Positions 33,764 to 44,141 of a stretch of DNA of 64,000 bases are shown here, piece by piece. The notes under the pieces were generated by a model. The model saw only the letters and a list, made by a program, of their open reading frames with translations. It did no database searches and was not told where the DNA came from. Source of the stretch: Methanotrichaceae archaeon (GTDB lineage: Archaea; Halobacteriota; Methanosarcinia; Methanotrichales; Methanotrichaceae). How positions within the stretch are numbered: the stretch's first letter is position 1; every line of letters starts with the position of its first letter. The stretch covers positions 5,481 through 69,480 of the forward strand of contig CAWEXU010000031.1 in NCBI GenBank assembly GCA_963813075.1, read 5' to 3'. The position numbers were made by a program, and so were the translations under genes.

Positions 33764-35741
33764 CGAAAAAGGTGCAAAAGATCCTGATTCTCAAGGGCAG
33801 CGAGAACATGAAAAAGAGAGAAAAATTGGCGAGGAGACAAAAAGTCCTCTGACAGAACAGATCGCTGCCCTGGGCGAAGATGAGAGGAGCGAATTGGCCC
33901 GAGAGGCTCTGGCCCGCCTGCAGACCCGCACAGTCAATACCGGTTTTGCTCCATCGCTAGAGGCTGACTCTCCCCTGGACCCGAGAACTCCCCTAAAGCC
34001 CGGTCAGACCTATTGCTTCTGGCTTGATATTGGCCCGCCGACTCTGCACTCTATCGAAACCACCCCTACAACTATTCCGGATTACGTACCACCGAAAGCC
34101 AGCCTGGTGGTAGCCATCTTTCCCTTCGAGGGTGAGATCGAGATCACCCCCGGGGCGGACGTGGGAGAGCTGGAGCTTCAAGAGGACGGAACTGCCCGGG
34201 TATTGCGCCAGCCGGAGCCATCAATGCAGGCAGTACTAGATCGGGATATCCTGGACCGACGCCTGCTCTTTCCGGTCAGGGCACCGGCAAAAGAGGGCAC
34301 ATTCCGTTTGCGCTGCAATATCTACTACCAGCAGATACTGATTCAATCCAGGCTGGTCAGAGCCACTGTAGCCGGGGACGGTCTCTTAAGGGACGGTGCC
34401 CTGCAGTCTCAGATCGATTACGCTCTGAGCCACACCCTCTGGGCGGACCATCTCCGGGGCCTTGCTCCTCATCGCCTCAGCATTCTCATGAACAGCAATG
34501 GCGACGGCACCCATACCCTCAGCTTCCTGGGGGCAGAGGGTGAGGAGCTTTTCAAAAATAGCGCCGTTATACCGGCGACTGAGTTGAAGCTCCCGATAGA
34601 GAATGCCAGAAAAGCCCTGTGGAAAGCCTCCTGGGGAGAAGAAAAACCCTGGAAAGAGGGTGGCGGGCAGACCTATCGCTATATGAATCGATCTGACGCG
34701 AATATTGAGAGGCTTGAAGAGGATCTGATATCCCTGGCCAGAAGGGGCTACTTGCTTTATGATGCCATAATTGATAAGTTCACCAAAAGCCTGAGCAAAT
34801 CCGATGAGCTGGCCCGATTGATGCTCAATCCAGGAATGGTGCAGGTCGCCATCAGGGACTCGCCCACCCAGATCCTCCCGGCAGCCTTATTCTATGATTA
34901 CCCTCTTGATGTTCAGGCTGATGGCCATAAGCTCTGCGAGGCTTTCGTCGCTGCCCTTAACAGCAGCACGCCCCTGGAGAAAGCACCCTGTTTCAACGGA
35001 TTATGCCCCCACTCCAAAAGAGATGCCTCCGGCAAGCCCGATGGTTACGTCTGTCCAAGCGGTTTTTGGGGCTTTCGGCATCGCCTGGGATTTCCGACAT
35101 CTCTGCCTGAGGGAATGGATGTGCCCGCGGAGATCTTAATGGACGAGGGTCCGCAGTTGGTGGTTGGTGTCGCCACAAACCTTGATCGCCTCGATGGACA
35201 CATGGAAGCGCTGCGAGGGATCAGGACCGATATAGGCTGGCATTATTCAGAGAAGCGCCAGGATATCCTCGACAACCTCAAAAGATCGAAATCGCATCTG
35301 GTCTATTTCTACTGTCATGGGGGAGTGACGGCCAACAATGTCCCTTACCTTCAGGTGGGTGATGGAACGGGCAATGATTTCATAGATGGGTCGAATCTGC
35401 GTGCTTATGGTGTTAACTGGGTTGGACCTCAACCACTGGTTTTCATCAACGGCTGCCACACCACTGCCCTGGACCCGGAAAGTGCAATCAATCTGGTCGC
35501 CAAATTCGTTTTCGCGGGCAGCGCAGGGGTAATTGGAACCGAGACCACCATCTTCGAGCCCCTGGCATGCAGCTTTGCCGAGGCGTGCCTGGGAGATTTC
35601 CTGAAGGACAAAAGATCAATTGGAGATGCCATAAGAACGGCCAGGCTGAAGCTGCTCAAAGAATGCAACCCTTTAGGCCTGATTTATACCCCATTTGTCC
35701 TTCCCAGCCTTCACGTAAGGGAAAACGGAGAAGTGAAATAA
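33729..35741 (+). CDS. CHAT-domain (caspase/separase-like) cysteine protease
   Basis: FYCHGG and VFINGCHT catalytic dyad, FWGFRH, GVIGTE, NPLGLIY. Confidence 0.88.
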   Translation: MEWPSKDILVGSEKGAKDPDSQGQREHEKERKIGEETKSPLTEQIAALGEDERSELAREALARLQTRTVNTGFAPSLEADSPLDPRTPLKPGQTYCFWLDIGPPTLHSIETTPTTIPDYVPPKASLVVAIFPFEGEIEITPGADVGELELQEDGTARVLRQPEPSMQAVLDRDILDRRLLFPVRAPAKEGTFRLRCNIYYQQILIQSRLVRATVAGDGLLRDGALQSQIDYALSHTLWADHLRGLAPHRLSILMNSNGDGTHTLSFLGAEGEELFKNSAVIPATELKLPIENARKALWKASWGEEKPWKEGGGQTYRYMNRSDANIERLEEDLISLARRGYLLYDAIIDKFTKSLSKSDELARLMLNPGMVQVAIRDSPTQILPAALFYDYPLDVQADGHKLCEAFVAALNSSTPLEKAPCFNGLCPHSKRDASGKPDGYVCPSGFWGFRHRLGFPTSLPEGMDVPAEILMDEGPQLVVGVATNLDRLDGHMEALRGIRTDIGWHYSEKRQDILDNLKRSKSHLVYFYCHGGVTANNVPYLQVGDGTGNDFIDGSNLRAYGVNWVGPQPLVFINGCHTTALDPESAINLVAKFVFAGSAGVIGTETTIFEPLACSFAEACLGDFLKDKRSIGDAIRTARLKLLKECNPLGLIYTPFVLPSLHVRENGEVK

Positions 35742-35815
35742 ACATAAATAAACATAAATAAATATAAAATAAGTATAAAGTAAGTATAAAGTAAATACAA
35801 AGTAATACAAACTAA
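35737..35815. repeat. AT-rich degenerate 8-9-bp tandem repeat
   Basis: AAATAAAC/AAGTATAAAGT-like units. Confidence 0.7.
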
Positions 35816-35828
35816 TTAATAATAATAA

Positions 35829-36728
35829 ATGCTGAGAGGCAATCACATGGCTGAATCGAAATCGAAGACCTTCAGGCAATTGCTGGAGAGATCAGGCCTC
35901 TTGCTGCGTCCATGCGGCTATGATGCCCTCTCTGCTCTATTGATAGAGAGAGCGGGATTCCGGCTGATGGGGACATCGGGATATGCGATCTCTGCATCGG
36001 CCATAGGTCAGCCCGATCTGGGACTGATCAGCTTTGGGGAGCTTTTGGAGAGAGCCAGAAATATATGCAACTGTGTCTCAATTCCCGTCGACATCGATGC
36101 CGATACGGGGTACGGAAATGCTCTCAATGCCTACTGGACAGCGAAAAACTACATCTGGATCGGTGCCGCAGGCATAAGAGTTGAGGACCAGACCTGGCCC
36201 AAACGCTGCGGACATATGAGCGGCAAGAGCATAATCTCCAGAGAGGAGATGGTCTGGAAGATCAAAGCGATGATCAGGGCGAGAGAGGAGGAGGGCTCGG
36301 ATCTGGTGATCGGCGCCAGGACTGATGCCCGGTCGATAGAAGGATTTGAGAGGACCATCGAGAGGGCCGTTGCCTATGCTGATGCCGGAGCGGACTATAT
36401 CTATGTGGAGTGCCCTCAATCCCTGGAAGAGGTAGAGCATCTGGTCAAGGGGATCCAGATACCTTTAGCATTCAATTTGATTCCCGGAGGCAAGACCCCA
36501 CCGTTTTCCATATCCGATCTGGAAGATATCGGCGTCAAGTACCTGTCCATTCCCATGGTCTGTCTCTATCCGGCAGTCAGGGCTATGTCCAGCGCTCTAG
36601 AGGCATTGAAAAGCTTTGATCTGCAAAAGGCGGGAGAGCTGGGGATAAACTGGTCGGAGTTCAACGATCTGATCGGTGCCCGCCTCTGGAGGGAACGGGA
36701 GAGAGAGTTTGGAGGAGAGAAAAAATAA
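35829..36728 (+). CDS. Isocitrate lyase/PEP mutase family (PrpB-like) enzyme
   Basis: DADTGYG, EDQ..PKRCGH, ARTDA. Confidence 0.92.
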   Translation: MLRGNHMAESKSKTFRQLLERSGLLLRPCGYDALSALLIERAGFRLMGTSGYAISASAIGQPDLGLISFGELLERARNICNCVSIPVDIDADTGYGNALNAYWTAKNYIWIGAAGIRVEDQTWPKRCGHMSGKSIISREEMVWKIKAMIRAREEEGSDLVIGARTDARSIEGFERTIERAVAYADAGADYIYVECPQSLEEVEHLVKGIQIPLAFNLIPGGKTPPFSISDLEDIGVKYLSIPMVCLYPAVRAMSSALEALKSFDLQKAGELGINWSEFNDLIGARLWREREREFGGEKK

Positions 36729-36803
36729 AGGAGGGATCGGAGAGTTAGAAGCCGACCCGCATCTTTTTCTGCTGCGTTTTTTGATTGTATTTTGAGAGTT
36801 CAT

Positions 36804-37991
36804 TCACCTTATGGGTGCCTGGATGATTCCTGTGCCCATATCATCCTCTTCGCTTCCTGGGGCGAGAGGATCAAAGGTGCCGCTGGCAACGAGCTGCGCC
36901 ATCAGAGTCTGGTTATCGATACTGCCGGTCATCTCCAGTTGGCGCTGGGCCCACAGTGCGGCAATGCCTGCAGCGTGAGGAGTTGCCATACTGGTCCCAC
37001 TCATGCTGACAAGGCCACTTGTACCTGCATCCGCAGATATAATGTCTACGCCTGGAGCGGCGATATCCGCCTGATTATTGGAGAAATCGGCAATGGTATA
37101 TCCTTTATTGGATTTATTCAGTGCCCCTACGGCAATGATTCCTGTGCCGGCAGCAGGGGGAGCGACAGAAATCTCATAGCGAGGCCTCTCGCTTTCATTG
37201 CCGCTGGCGGCAACTATGATCGCACCTTCCCCGAACGCCCCGAATGCTGTCACAAAGTCGGCCAGCTCAGTGAACAGATTGACATTGGCACGATACTCTT
37301 CCAGGGCCAGGGATGTTGCCGGGTGGATATCCATCCGTTCTTTTCGCACCAGATAATCCACATATCCGGGAAAATCGATTCCCAGTGACATGGAAATCAC
37401 ATTAGCCCCTTCATGAAGCGCCCACTGGATGGCCTTGGCAAGCGTGGCTGAGGAACCGCCGCCTTCTCCCAAAACCTTGCCGATCACGGCGCGTTTAATG
37501 TGGCGAGCGATACCGATTCTGACGCCATCGACATCCTGGCCGAAGATCGTACCGGCGCAATGTGTGCCATGACCGTGAATGTCGTTGCCGTCTTCGGCAG
37601 TGAAGTTCTGTTGAACCAGGGTCATGCCCTTAAAGGCGGGGTGATTCGGATCGATTCCAGTATCCAGGACGGCCACGGTGACATCGGTGCCATCAAATGG
37701 TGACTCTGATGCCCGTACTGCATCGATTCCCCATTGTTTTGTCGGTGCTGCAGCGGAAGTACGACTGACCGGTGCAATCAATTTCATCGGCATGGGCCTG
37801 GCGATGGCAAGTGTGCTGGGATCACGCCGCATATCATTGCGTTCTCGCTTGGTGAGTTCTGCCTCCTCCAGCCTGACGATTGAACTGACCTCTCGGGGGA
37901 ACATCTCTCCCCGGCGCACCTTTCCCATATCTCCCCGTGTTGGTGCTGATATCTCCCTGCTGCGCAGAATAATATATTTCTCTTCTTCCAT
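36804..37991 (-). CDS. Subtilisin-like S8 serine protease without signal peptide
   Basis: VLDTGID, HGHGTHCAG, SGTSMATPH triad. Confidence 0.95.
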   Translation of the reverse strand: MEEEKYIILRSREISAPTRGDMGKVRRGEMFPREVSSIVRLEEAELTKRERNDMRRDPSTLAIARPMPMKLIAPVSRTSAAAPTKQWGIDAVRASESPFDGTDVTVAVLDTGIDPNHPAFKGMTLVQQNFTAEDGNDIHGHGTHCAGTIFGQDVDGVRIGIARHIKRAVIGKVLGEGGGSSATLAKAIQWALHEGANVISMSLGIDFPGYVDYLVRKERMDIHPATSLALEEYRANVNLFTELADFVTAFGAFGEGAIIVAASGNESERPRYEISVAPPAAGTGIIAVGALNKSNKGYTIADFSNNQADIAAPGVDIISADAGTSGLVSMSGTSMATPHAAGIAALWAQRQLEMTGSIDNQTLMAQLVASGTFDPLAPGSEEDDMGTGIIQAPIR

Positions 37992-38235
37992 TGTCCTTTA
38001 CCTCCGGATTGTCGTATATTTTTTAATTTTCAACCATTGGGATCCAAGAGCTGCCCAAGAGATGCCAGAGCATAGATGCCTCTTGTGGTTCACATCCCCA
38101 TCCCGGACTAAAGACAGAAATTTTATCTTAAAATCCATTCACCAGAGGGGATATGATCGCTTTTTTTACTATTATTATTTATGCACAGTTCTTATTTATA
38201 ACTTTTGGCAATACTGCTCAAATTTTAATATCAAT

Positions 38236-40296
38236 TTAGTTGCATTTTAATTGCACAATCAAATATGAATCATTCCGCCGGCACCCATTGTTTGATCGCC
38301 TTATGCAAACTGCTCGCTCCTGCGATTGGCTCTGGCCGAGATGCAGGTTAGCAGGATAGATGAGAATCGCTTTCGTCTGGCTTCCGCCCAGTCCCCCATG
38401 GGACCCAACCAGCTCCTCGAACGCTGCCACCTCATCGGTCTCCTGAAGGTAGAAGCTGTTGACCAGGATGTCCGGGCAGTTGGAAAAGCCGTCCTCATAG
38501 ATCAACTGCCTCAAGGCCTGCTCTCCATAACCCGCGAGGGGATTCTTCCCTTCCACCCGGCCATCCCAGAGGTGATAGACTCCATTTGCCCCAATGACCA
38601 CCGGCCCCTGGACCGCGGTGCGGACCAGCAAAAATCCAATCTCGGGATATTCGAGCAGACCGGCAATCAGATAAGGGTATTTTTGCTCGATATCCTCCAG
38701 GGTCATGCGCTCTTTTCCGGCAATGAAGTATATCAGGCCCAGGTTTCCTGATGCCAGGACGATGGCTCCGTCTTCGGCCTTTTTTATTTCTGCATTTGCC
38801 TCCGGGCCAAGTGTCACCATACCGCCTTTCATCCTCTTTTTCAGAGCTTTGCCCACCAGCCGCCCGCTCCGGCTGTCCTGGCGGGAGATATCAGTTAATA
38901 GGGAATTGACCCTTAACCAGCTCTCATCCTCTGAGTGAGGGGAGAATGTCTTAAGCCGAATAAGCTCTCCTACCACCTCCTCCAGGCTCTTGCCGGTCCT
39001 CTGCCGGAAGGTAGCACCATTGCTCTGGCCATGATCGGAGAGCACCACGAAGTGGTATGGCCGGCTGGTTATCTCAGCCAGCCTCTCCAGCCATTCGAAC
39101 AATTTATCCAGACCCTTCAAGACCCGCAGGGCATCCTTGCGCGCAACCCCGGAGTGATGGGCGACCTCATCGTAGCCAACGAAGGTTGCATACATGGCAG
39201 GAAAGGAGCGGATCATATCCCCTATCAGAGCGAAAACGCTCAGCTCCCGCAGGACTGCAGTGGCCACGGCCCGGATTAATGGATAGAATCCGAAACGGTT
39301 GATGCGCGGCCTCTCGCTCCTGGCCGATTGAATGAATCCCTCAATTACCTCCTCTACAAAGTGAAGCAGGAAGATCCCTGTCGTCCTGGCCAGCATATAG
39401 GGATTGGCAAAGAAGAGGAAGTACTCTATGGTATTGCGTTTTCCACTGCCGATGGTGCTGACGGTCAGAATGCTCTCTGCAGCATCGCCTGAGTACATAT
39501 TTGCCCTGCTGGTACCATTCTTTGCCAGCAGGCCCATGCCGTCGGAGATCCTCCGCTCAGTCTCGGCAACATTGCCGGGATTATCGGAGGAGTAAAGCCT
39601 CTGCGAAGCCTTTTCATACCAGCGGAATCCCGGTATATTTGAGTTGTTGCCATGCAGAATTCCCGCCTGGGAGCCAGCGGTCTGGCAGGAGAGGTCAGTG
39701 TTCCAGCCGGTCAATCTATGGCTTCCGCTATCCAGCCACCTCTTAACCGTGGGCATATAGCCTTCCTGGATTGCTTTCTGCAGCACTTCTGCCGAGAGGC
39801 CGTCTATCTCCAGAAATATCACCCCAGGAACAGCCACTTTTTTCCCGCCTCCATATCGCTTCATAAGCGGCCTGATCACAAAGCGCTCATAGCTTTTGGA
39901 ATCGTCCACCGCAAAGGCTCCACCAACCATCATTCCCGTGGTGGAGATCGCAAAATAGACCAATATCGCCGTGCCGACGGATGAGATGTAAACGCCCGGA
40001 AATATGGAGGCTGCGAGCAGCACCAGTATGCCATTCATGCCGAAGACGAGAATAGGGAAGAGCAGGGGATGCAAACGGACGGAGATACTCATCAGAGGAT
40101 ATATAAGAAAGCTGTTTGCCAGGCCCAGCACCAGAACAAAGATTATTGCACCCTCCAGGCTCCGGACCTCGAAGCCCGATAGGCTTTTGCTCAGGAGGGC
40201 TAAAACGCCCACCTGTGCGATCAAGGATATCAGTGCTATGGTCAGCGGCTCGATCAGGTTCCTTTTCTTCTCCTGGCTGGACCGGGCTCTGTTCAT
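38236..40296 (-). CDS. 4-TM holin-like domain fused to an alkaline phosphatase/phosphodiesterase domain
   Basis: N-terminal TM helices; EIDGL, YDEVAHHSG, LSDHGQ, GSHGGLGG. Confidence 0.85.
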   Translation of the reverse strand: MNRARSSQEKKRNLIEPLTIALISLIAQVGVLALLSKSLSGFEVRSLEGAIIFVLVLGLANSFLIYPLMSISVRLHPLLFPILVFGMNGILVLLAASIFPGVYISSVGTAILVYFAISTTGMMVGGAFAVDDSKSYERFVIRPLMKRYGGGKKVAVPGVIFLEIDGLSAEVLQKAIQEGYMPTVKRWLDSGSHRLTGWNTDLSCQTAGSQAGILHGNNSNIPGFRWYEKASQRLYSSDNPGNVAETERRISDGMGLLAKNGTSRANMYSGDAAESILTVSTIGSGKRNTIEYFLFFANPYMLARTTGIFLLHFVEEVIEGFIQSARSERPRINRFGFYPLIRAVATAVLRELSVFALIGDMIRSFPAMYATFVGYDEVAHHSGVARKDALRVLKGLDKLFEWLERLAEITSRPYHFVVLSDHGQSNGATFRQRTGKSLEEVVGELIRLKTFSPHSEDESWLRVNSLLTDISRQDSRSGRLVGKALKKRMKGGMVTLGPEANAEIKKAEDGAIVLASGNLGLIYFIAGKERMTLEDIEQKYPYLIAGLLEYPEIGFLLVRTAVQGPVVIGANGVYHLWDGRVEGKNPLAGYGEQALRQLIYEDGFSNCPDILVNSFYLQETDEVAAFEELVGSHGGLGGSQTKAILIYPANLHLGQSQSQERAVCIRRSNNGCRRNDSYLIVQLKCN

Positions 40297-40512
40297 CTCT
40301 TCCGCCCTCTACTTTTTAGATTCTGTGCAATGCATATTTTAAATACTAATCCATTTGTATAATCAACATCTATAATACATATTCTTATTGCTTATACTAC
40401 ACACTCATATTACACACTCATACTGGATTATCCTGAATTATATGGCCCCGTATACGAGAATAAAACCGCAGAGTCACAGAGGCGCACCAGAGGACGACCC
40501 AGAGGTATAGAT

Positions 40513-41406
40513 ATGAAAAAAAGAGCCGAAGAGCTGAAGCTTGGATTGATGAAAAGCTATGCAAAAGTGGCAGAAAATGCCTCTTTTAGCTGCTCAGCCG
40601 GCTGCTTGACGAAGTCTGCCAGTGTCGAGGAGATCGGGAGGAGAATCGGCTATGAGAATAGAGACCTGGAAGCGGTGCCACCCGGCTCCAACCTGGGACT
40701 TGGATGCGGCAATCCAGTGGCTTTTTCCGCTCTGAAAGAGGGACATATCGTTCTGGATCTGGGATCAGGTGCAGGCCTCGACTGCTTTCTCGCCTCCAGA
40801 GCAGTGGGTGGTCTGGGTATGGTCATTGGGTTGGATATGACGGCCCGGATGGTGAAAAGGGCGAGGGAGTTTGCTCTGGACCACATTGGCAAAGGAGGGC
40901 AGGATAATGTGGAGTTTATAGTGGGTGAGATCGAGTCCCTTCCGGTGAAGAGCTATTCAATTGATGCCGTTATCTCCAACTGCTCCATAAACCTGGTTTT
41001 GGATAAGGATTTGGCATTCAGTGAGGCTTTCAGGGTCCTGAAGGCCGGCGGAAGGCTGGTGGTATCAGACATTGTCCAGAATAAAAGACTACCCGATTTT
41101 GTCCTGCAGTCGATCAAGGAGCATGTGGGATGCGTCGCCGGTGCCTCAACACTTGACCGATACCTCGATGCCATAAGGTCAGCCGGATTTGATGATGTTG
41201 AGGTGGTCGAAGAGGCCTCTTTCCCGCTCGATTGCATGATCTATGATCCAACCGGCCGGGCGATCTCTCTTGGCCTGAAGGGATCTGGCGAGGATAGGGA
41301 TGAGATCGAGGATCAGGATAAGATCGAGGATAGAGGATCGATGAATAAGAATAATGGTCTGCGCCCTCAAGCCAGGCAGGGAATGATAAGCAAATGGCAA
41401 TTTTGA
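40513..41406 (+). CDS. arsM: Arsenite S-adenosylmethyltransferase, C-terminus degenerate
   Basis: NLGLGCGNP, DLGSGAG.DC, ISNC.INL, GCVAGA. Confidence 0.88.
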   Translation: MKKRAEELKLGLMKSYAKVAENASFSCSAGCLTKSASVEEIGRRIGYENRDLEAVPPGSNLGLGCGNPVAFSALKEGHIVLDLGSGAGLDCFLASRAVGGLGMVIGLDMTARMVKRAREFALDHIGKGGQDNVEFIVGEIESLPVKSYSIDAVISNCSINLVLDKDLAFSEAFRVLKAGGRLVVSDIVQNKRLPDFVLQSIKEHVGCVAGASTLDRYLDAIRSAGFDDVEVVEEASFPLDCMIYDPTGRAISLGLKGSGEDRDEIEDQDKIEDRGSMNKNNGLRPQARQGMISKWQF

Positions 41407-41531
41407 CCAACAAGTATATATGTCAAGCTGGCATGCAAGTACTGTTGCATTTCTTCGATCTGAAGGATTTGTTGAAATGTTTTCATAGCAGTTTCGATTC
41501 TCTGAGTCGATACAAAGGTACGTGAATTAAA

Positions 41532-41732
41532 ATGTTTGAGAGAAAATATGACAACAGCGGTAGTAGCAGCAGAGGCGGCTACAATAGTGGTCCAAGAGAA
41601 ATGACTGAAGTTACATGCTCGGAATGCGGGAAGCAGACCCAGGTTCCGTTCAAGCCTGATGGATCCAGGCCGGTTTATTGCAGTGACTGCTATCAAAAGC
41701 ATAGACCTGCCAGAACATCCGGAAGATATTAA
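41532..41732 (+). CDS. CxxC-x17-CxxC small zinc-finger protein
   Basis: CSECGKQTQVPFKPDGSRPVYCSDC. Confidence 0.9.
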   Translation: MFERKYDNSGSSSRGGYNSGPREMTEVTCSECGKQTQVPFKPDGSRPVYCSDCYQKHRPARTSGRY

Positions 41733-41913
41733 GCTGATTGAATTACCCTATAGTCAATCTGTTTTGATTTAAAGGCGAATGCCTTCAGGGCAAATCGCTG
41801 AGCGGTGCGAGAATTTCTCGCGCTGCGCAAATATTTGCCCGGTCAATGGCAGGCTTGGCTCTTTAAAAAGCGGATTATCGTTCGGGGCATAGGATCAAAA
41901 AAGTAATGGGGAA

Positions 41914-42252
41914 GTGGTCAAAATCAAACAATCTGAAACAGCTGATTTGGCGAAATTCGAGGGCATAGTCTCCGAGCTAAAGAGAAGAGGAGTAGTGGTC
42001 CTGATGCACCGCCCGACTCGATGGGGCTATGTGGTGGATGCCGTAATCCCTTCGGCGAAGATAGTCATCCTGAAGATGCCAGACATTACCAAGCAGATTA
42101 AGGTAGCCATGAGCCAGTTCAGGGATCTGATTAACCGGCTGGAGAGCGATGGATATCAGGTGGAAGTAATTCCTAAAAATAGAATGAGCCAGGAGGAGAT
42201 CATCGACTTCTGCGACCGGATTTCGATCGAGCCATCTGTTGCTGCGGCCTGA
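41914..42252 (+). CDS. Hypothetical protein, DUF559/Vsr-like fold possible
   Basis: GYVVDAVIP..KIVI...L..DGY.V. Confidence 0.55.
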   Translation: MVKIKQSETADLAKFEGIVSELKRRGVVVLMHRPTRWGYVVDAVIPSAKIVILKMPDITKQIKVAMSQFRDLINRLESDGYQVEVIPKNRMSQEEIIDFCDRISIEPSVAAA

Positions 42253-42284
42253 ATAGATCGCTCGCCATATAGACCGGTCCGACT

Positions 42285-43121
42285 TCAGGCCGGTATGAAT
42301 CCATTTTCAATCGCAATCTCCTGGCCCTCCGGGCTCAAGACATAATCGATGAAGGCCTTTGCACCCGGTCCTGGACTGCCCAGGGTGATGAAGTAAAGCT
42401 CGCGGGCGAGAGGATAGGTTCCATTTCTTATATTATCTATCGAGGGGGGGACGCCATCCAGGGATATCACCCTGGTATCTCCTCTCATGATGTAGCTGTA
42501 CCCGACATATCCAATGGCATTATCGCTTCCCCGGATAGCCGTCTTGACCTCAGAGCTATCTGCGGCCTCAATAATCACCCCGGGTGTCTCTGACTCCCGG
42601 CTTCCCATGATGGTCTCATCGAATGAATCCCTGGTTCCAGAGCCCGGCTTTCTCCCTATGACGAAGATATCATCATCTGGACCTCCCAGCTCTTTCCAGT
42701 TGACGATATTTCCTCCATAAATCCTTTTTAACTCTTCTTTTGAAAGGGTGGTTACCCCAGAATCGTACACCTCAGGGCTCACCATCAGGCATATGGCATC
42801 GAATCCCACGGTGACCACATTAAACCTATTGGATGGAGTCTCATATCTCTGCCGCTCAACCAGGTGAAGCTCCCGAGAGGTCATGGCGATGTCCGATCTG
42901 CCCTGGGCCACGTCCACAACGCCAACCCCTGAGCCTCCTGATGTGACCATTACATGATAGTCATTCTGGATCATATTGAACTCCTCTGCCGAGAGCTCTG
43001 CCAGAGGCATGACGGTGCTTGACCCTGATACTGTCACCTTCTGTGGCCTTGCGTCGCCAGATACGCATACAAAGGCAAAGGCCAGCAACAAGATCAAAAG
43101 CTTCCTCTTGTCTATCATCAT
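42285..43121 (-). CDS. pstS: Phosphate ABC substrate-binding protein
   Basis: GSSTVMP, GGSG.G, SGTR, YPLARELY. Confidence 0.92.
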   Translation of the reverse strand: MMIDKRKLLILLLAFAFVCVSGDARPQKVTVSGSSTVMPLAELSAEEFNMIQNDYHVMVTSGGSGVGVVDVAQGRSDIAMTSRELHLVERQRYETPSNRFNVVTVGFDAICLMVSPEVYDSGVTTLSKEELKRIYGGNIVNWKELGGPDDDIFVIGRKPGSGTRDSFDETIMGSRESETPGVIIEAADSSEVKTAIRGSDNAIGYVGYSYIMRGDTRVISLDGVPPSIDNIRNGTYPLARELYFITLGSPGPGAKAFIDYVLSPEGQEIAIENGFIPA

Positions 43122-43176
43122 AATAGCAGGTGGCCTGATAATATGTAAGGCTGGTGTTCAGGTGAATGAGAGGGTC

Positions 43177-44007
43177 TCAGTTAGGTATGAAACCCTCTTC
43201 TGCTGCGATCCTCTGCCCTTCCGGCCCCATGACAAAATCTATGAATGCCCTGGCTCCGGGAGAGGGGTCACCGAATGTATAGAAATACAGGTCCCTCTTA
43301 AGCTCATATATATCCAGCTTAATGTTTTCATAGCTGGGAACGATCCCGTCAAAAGCTATTCCCTGGACCCCCCCGCCCAGATAGTTGAATCCCACATAGC
43401 CTATGGCCCTGTCGCTTCCGGAAATTGCCGTCTTTACCTCTGCCCCGCTATAGGCCACGGTATCCACGCCAGGGGTCTCAGCCTTTATGTCCTTCATCAC
43501 CGCTTCATTGAAGTCATCGCGGGTGCCCGAGCCATATTCCCTGGATATGACATAAATATCCTTATCCGGGCCCCCTACCTCCTTCCAGTTGGTGATCTCT
43601 CCAGTGTATATCTGCTTGACCTGCTCTCGATTCAGATCTTTAACCCCATCCTGGTAAATCTCATCGGACACGGCTACGCTGATACCATCCATTCCTATCT
43701 TGAACTCCTGGAATTTGTCCCCGAATCTCAGCTTCTCTTCCGCAGTGATCGCACGGGAAGCCATGGCTATGTCGTACTTGCGCTCTACAATGCCCAGAAT
43801 TCCTGCTCCCGTTCCACCTGCAGTCACACTGACCAAATAGTCACCTTGCCCGACATTGAATTCCTCTGCCGAAGCCTCGGCCAGCGGCATCACCGTCGAG
43901 GACCCCATGACGGTAACATCTTCTGGTAGTGCCTCGCAGAGCGAGAGGGAGGCAAATGAGAGACAAACCAGCAAGATTATAATTATTTTTGTAATGAACC
44001 CCACCAT
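43177..44007 (-). CDS. pstS: Phosphate ABC substrate-binding protein, tandem paralog
   Basis: GSSTVMP, REYGSGTR, AIGYVG. Confidence 0.92.
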   Translation of the reverse strand: MVGFITKIIIILLVCLSFASLSLCEALPEDVTVMGSSTVMPLAEASAEEFNVGQGDYLVSVTAGGTGAGILGIVERKYDIAMASRAITAEEKLRFGDKFQEFKIGMDGISVAVSDEIYQDGVKDLNREQVKQIYTGEITNWKEVGGPDKDIYVISREYGSGTRDDFNEAVMKDIKAETPGVDTVAYSGAEVKTAISGSDRAIGYVGFNYLGGGVQGIAFDGIVPSYENIKLDIYELKRDLYFYTFGDPSPGARAFIDFVMGPEGQRIAAEEGFIPN

Positions 44008-44141
44008 TTATGAATTGTCCGGCCAGATATGTAAGCCTATCGTTGCAGCCAATTATCCATAGCTAGATACCTTATCTGAGATCTGTTTATCTTCCAGGCA
44101 TTTTCCGAGGCAGTTCCGGTGATATAACCGCTTTGACCGTA

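Noticed and set aside
38236..40296. Holin as evidence of a prophage
   Set aside because: This holin-like/phosphodiesterase fusion is a common cellular protein and has no phage neighbours
42976..43929. Long antisense ORFs (also 7765..8622, 49043..49777, 51928..52614)
   Set aside because: Shadows of well-supported genes on the opposite strand
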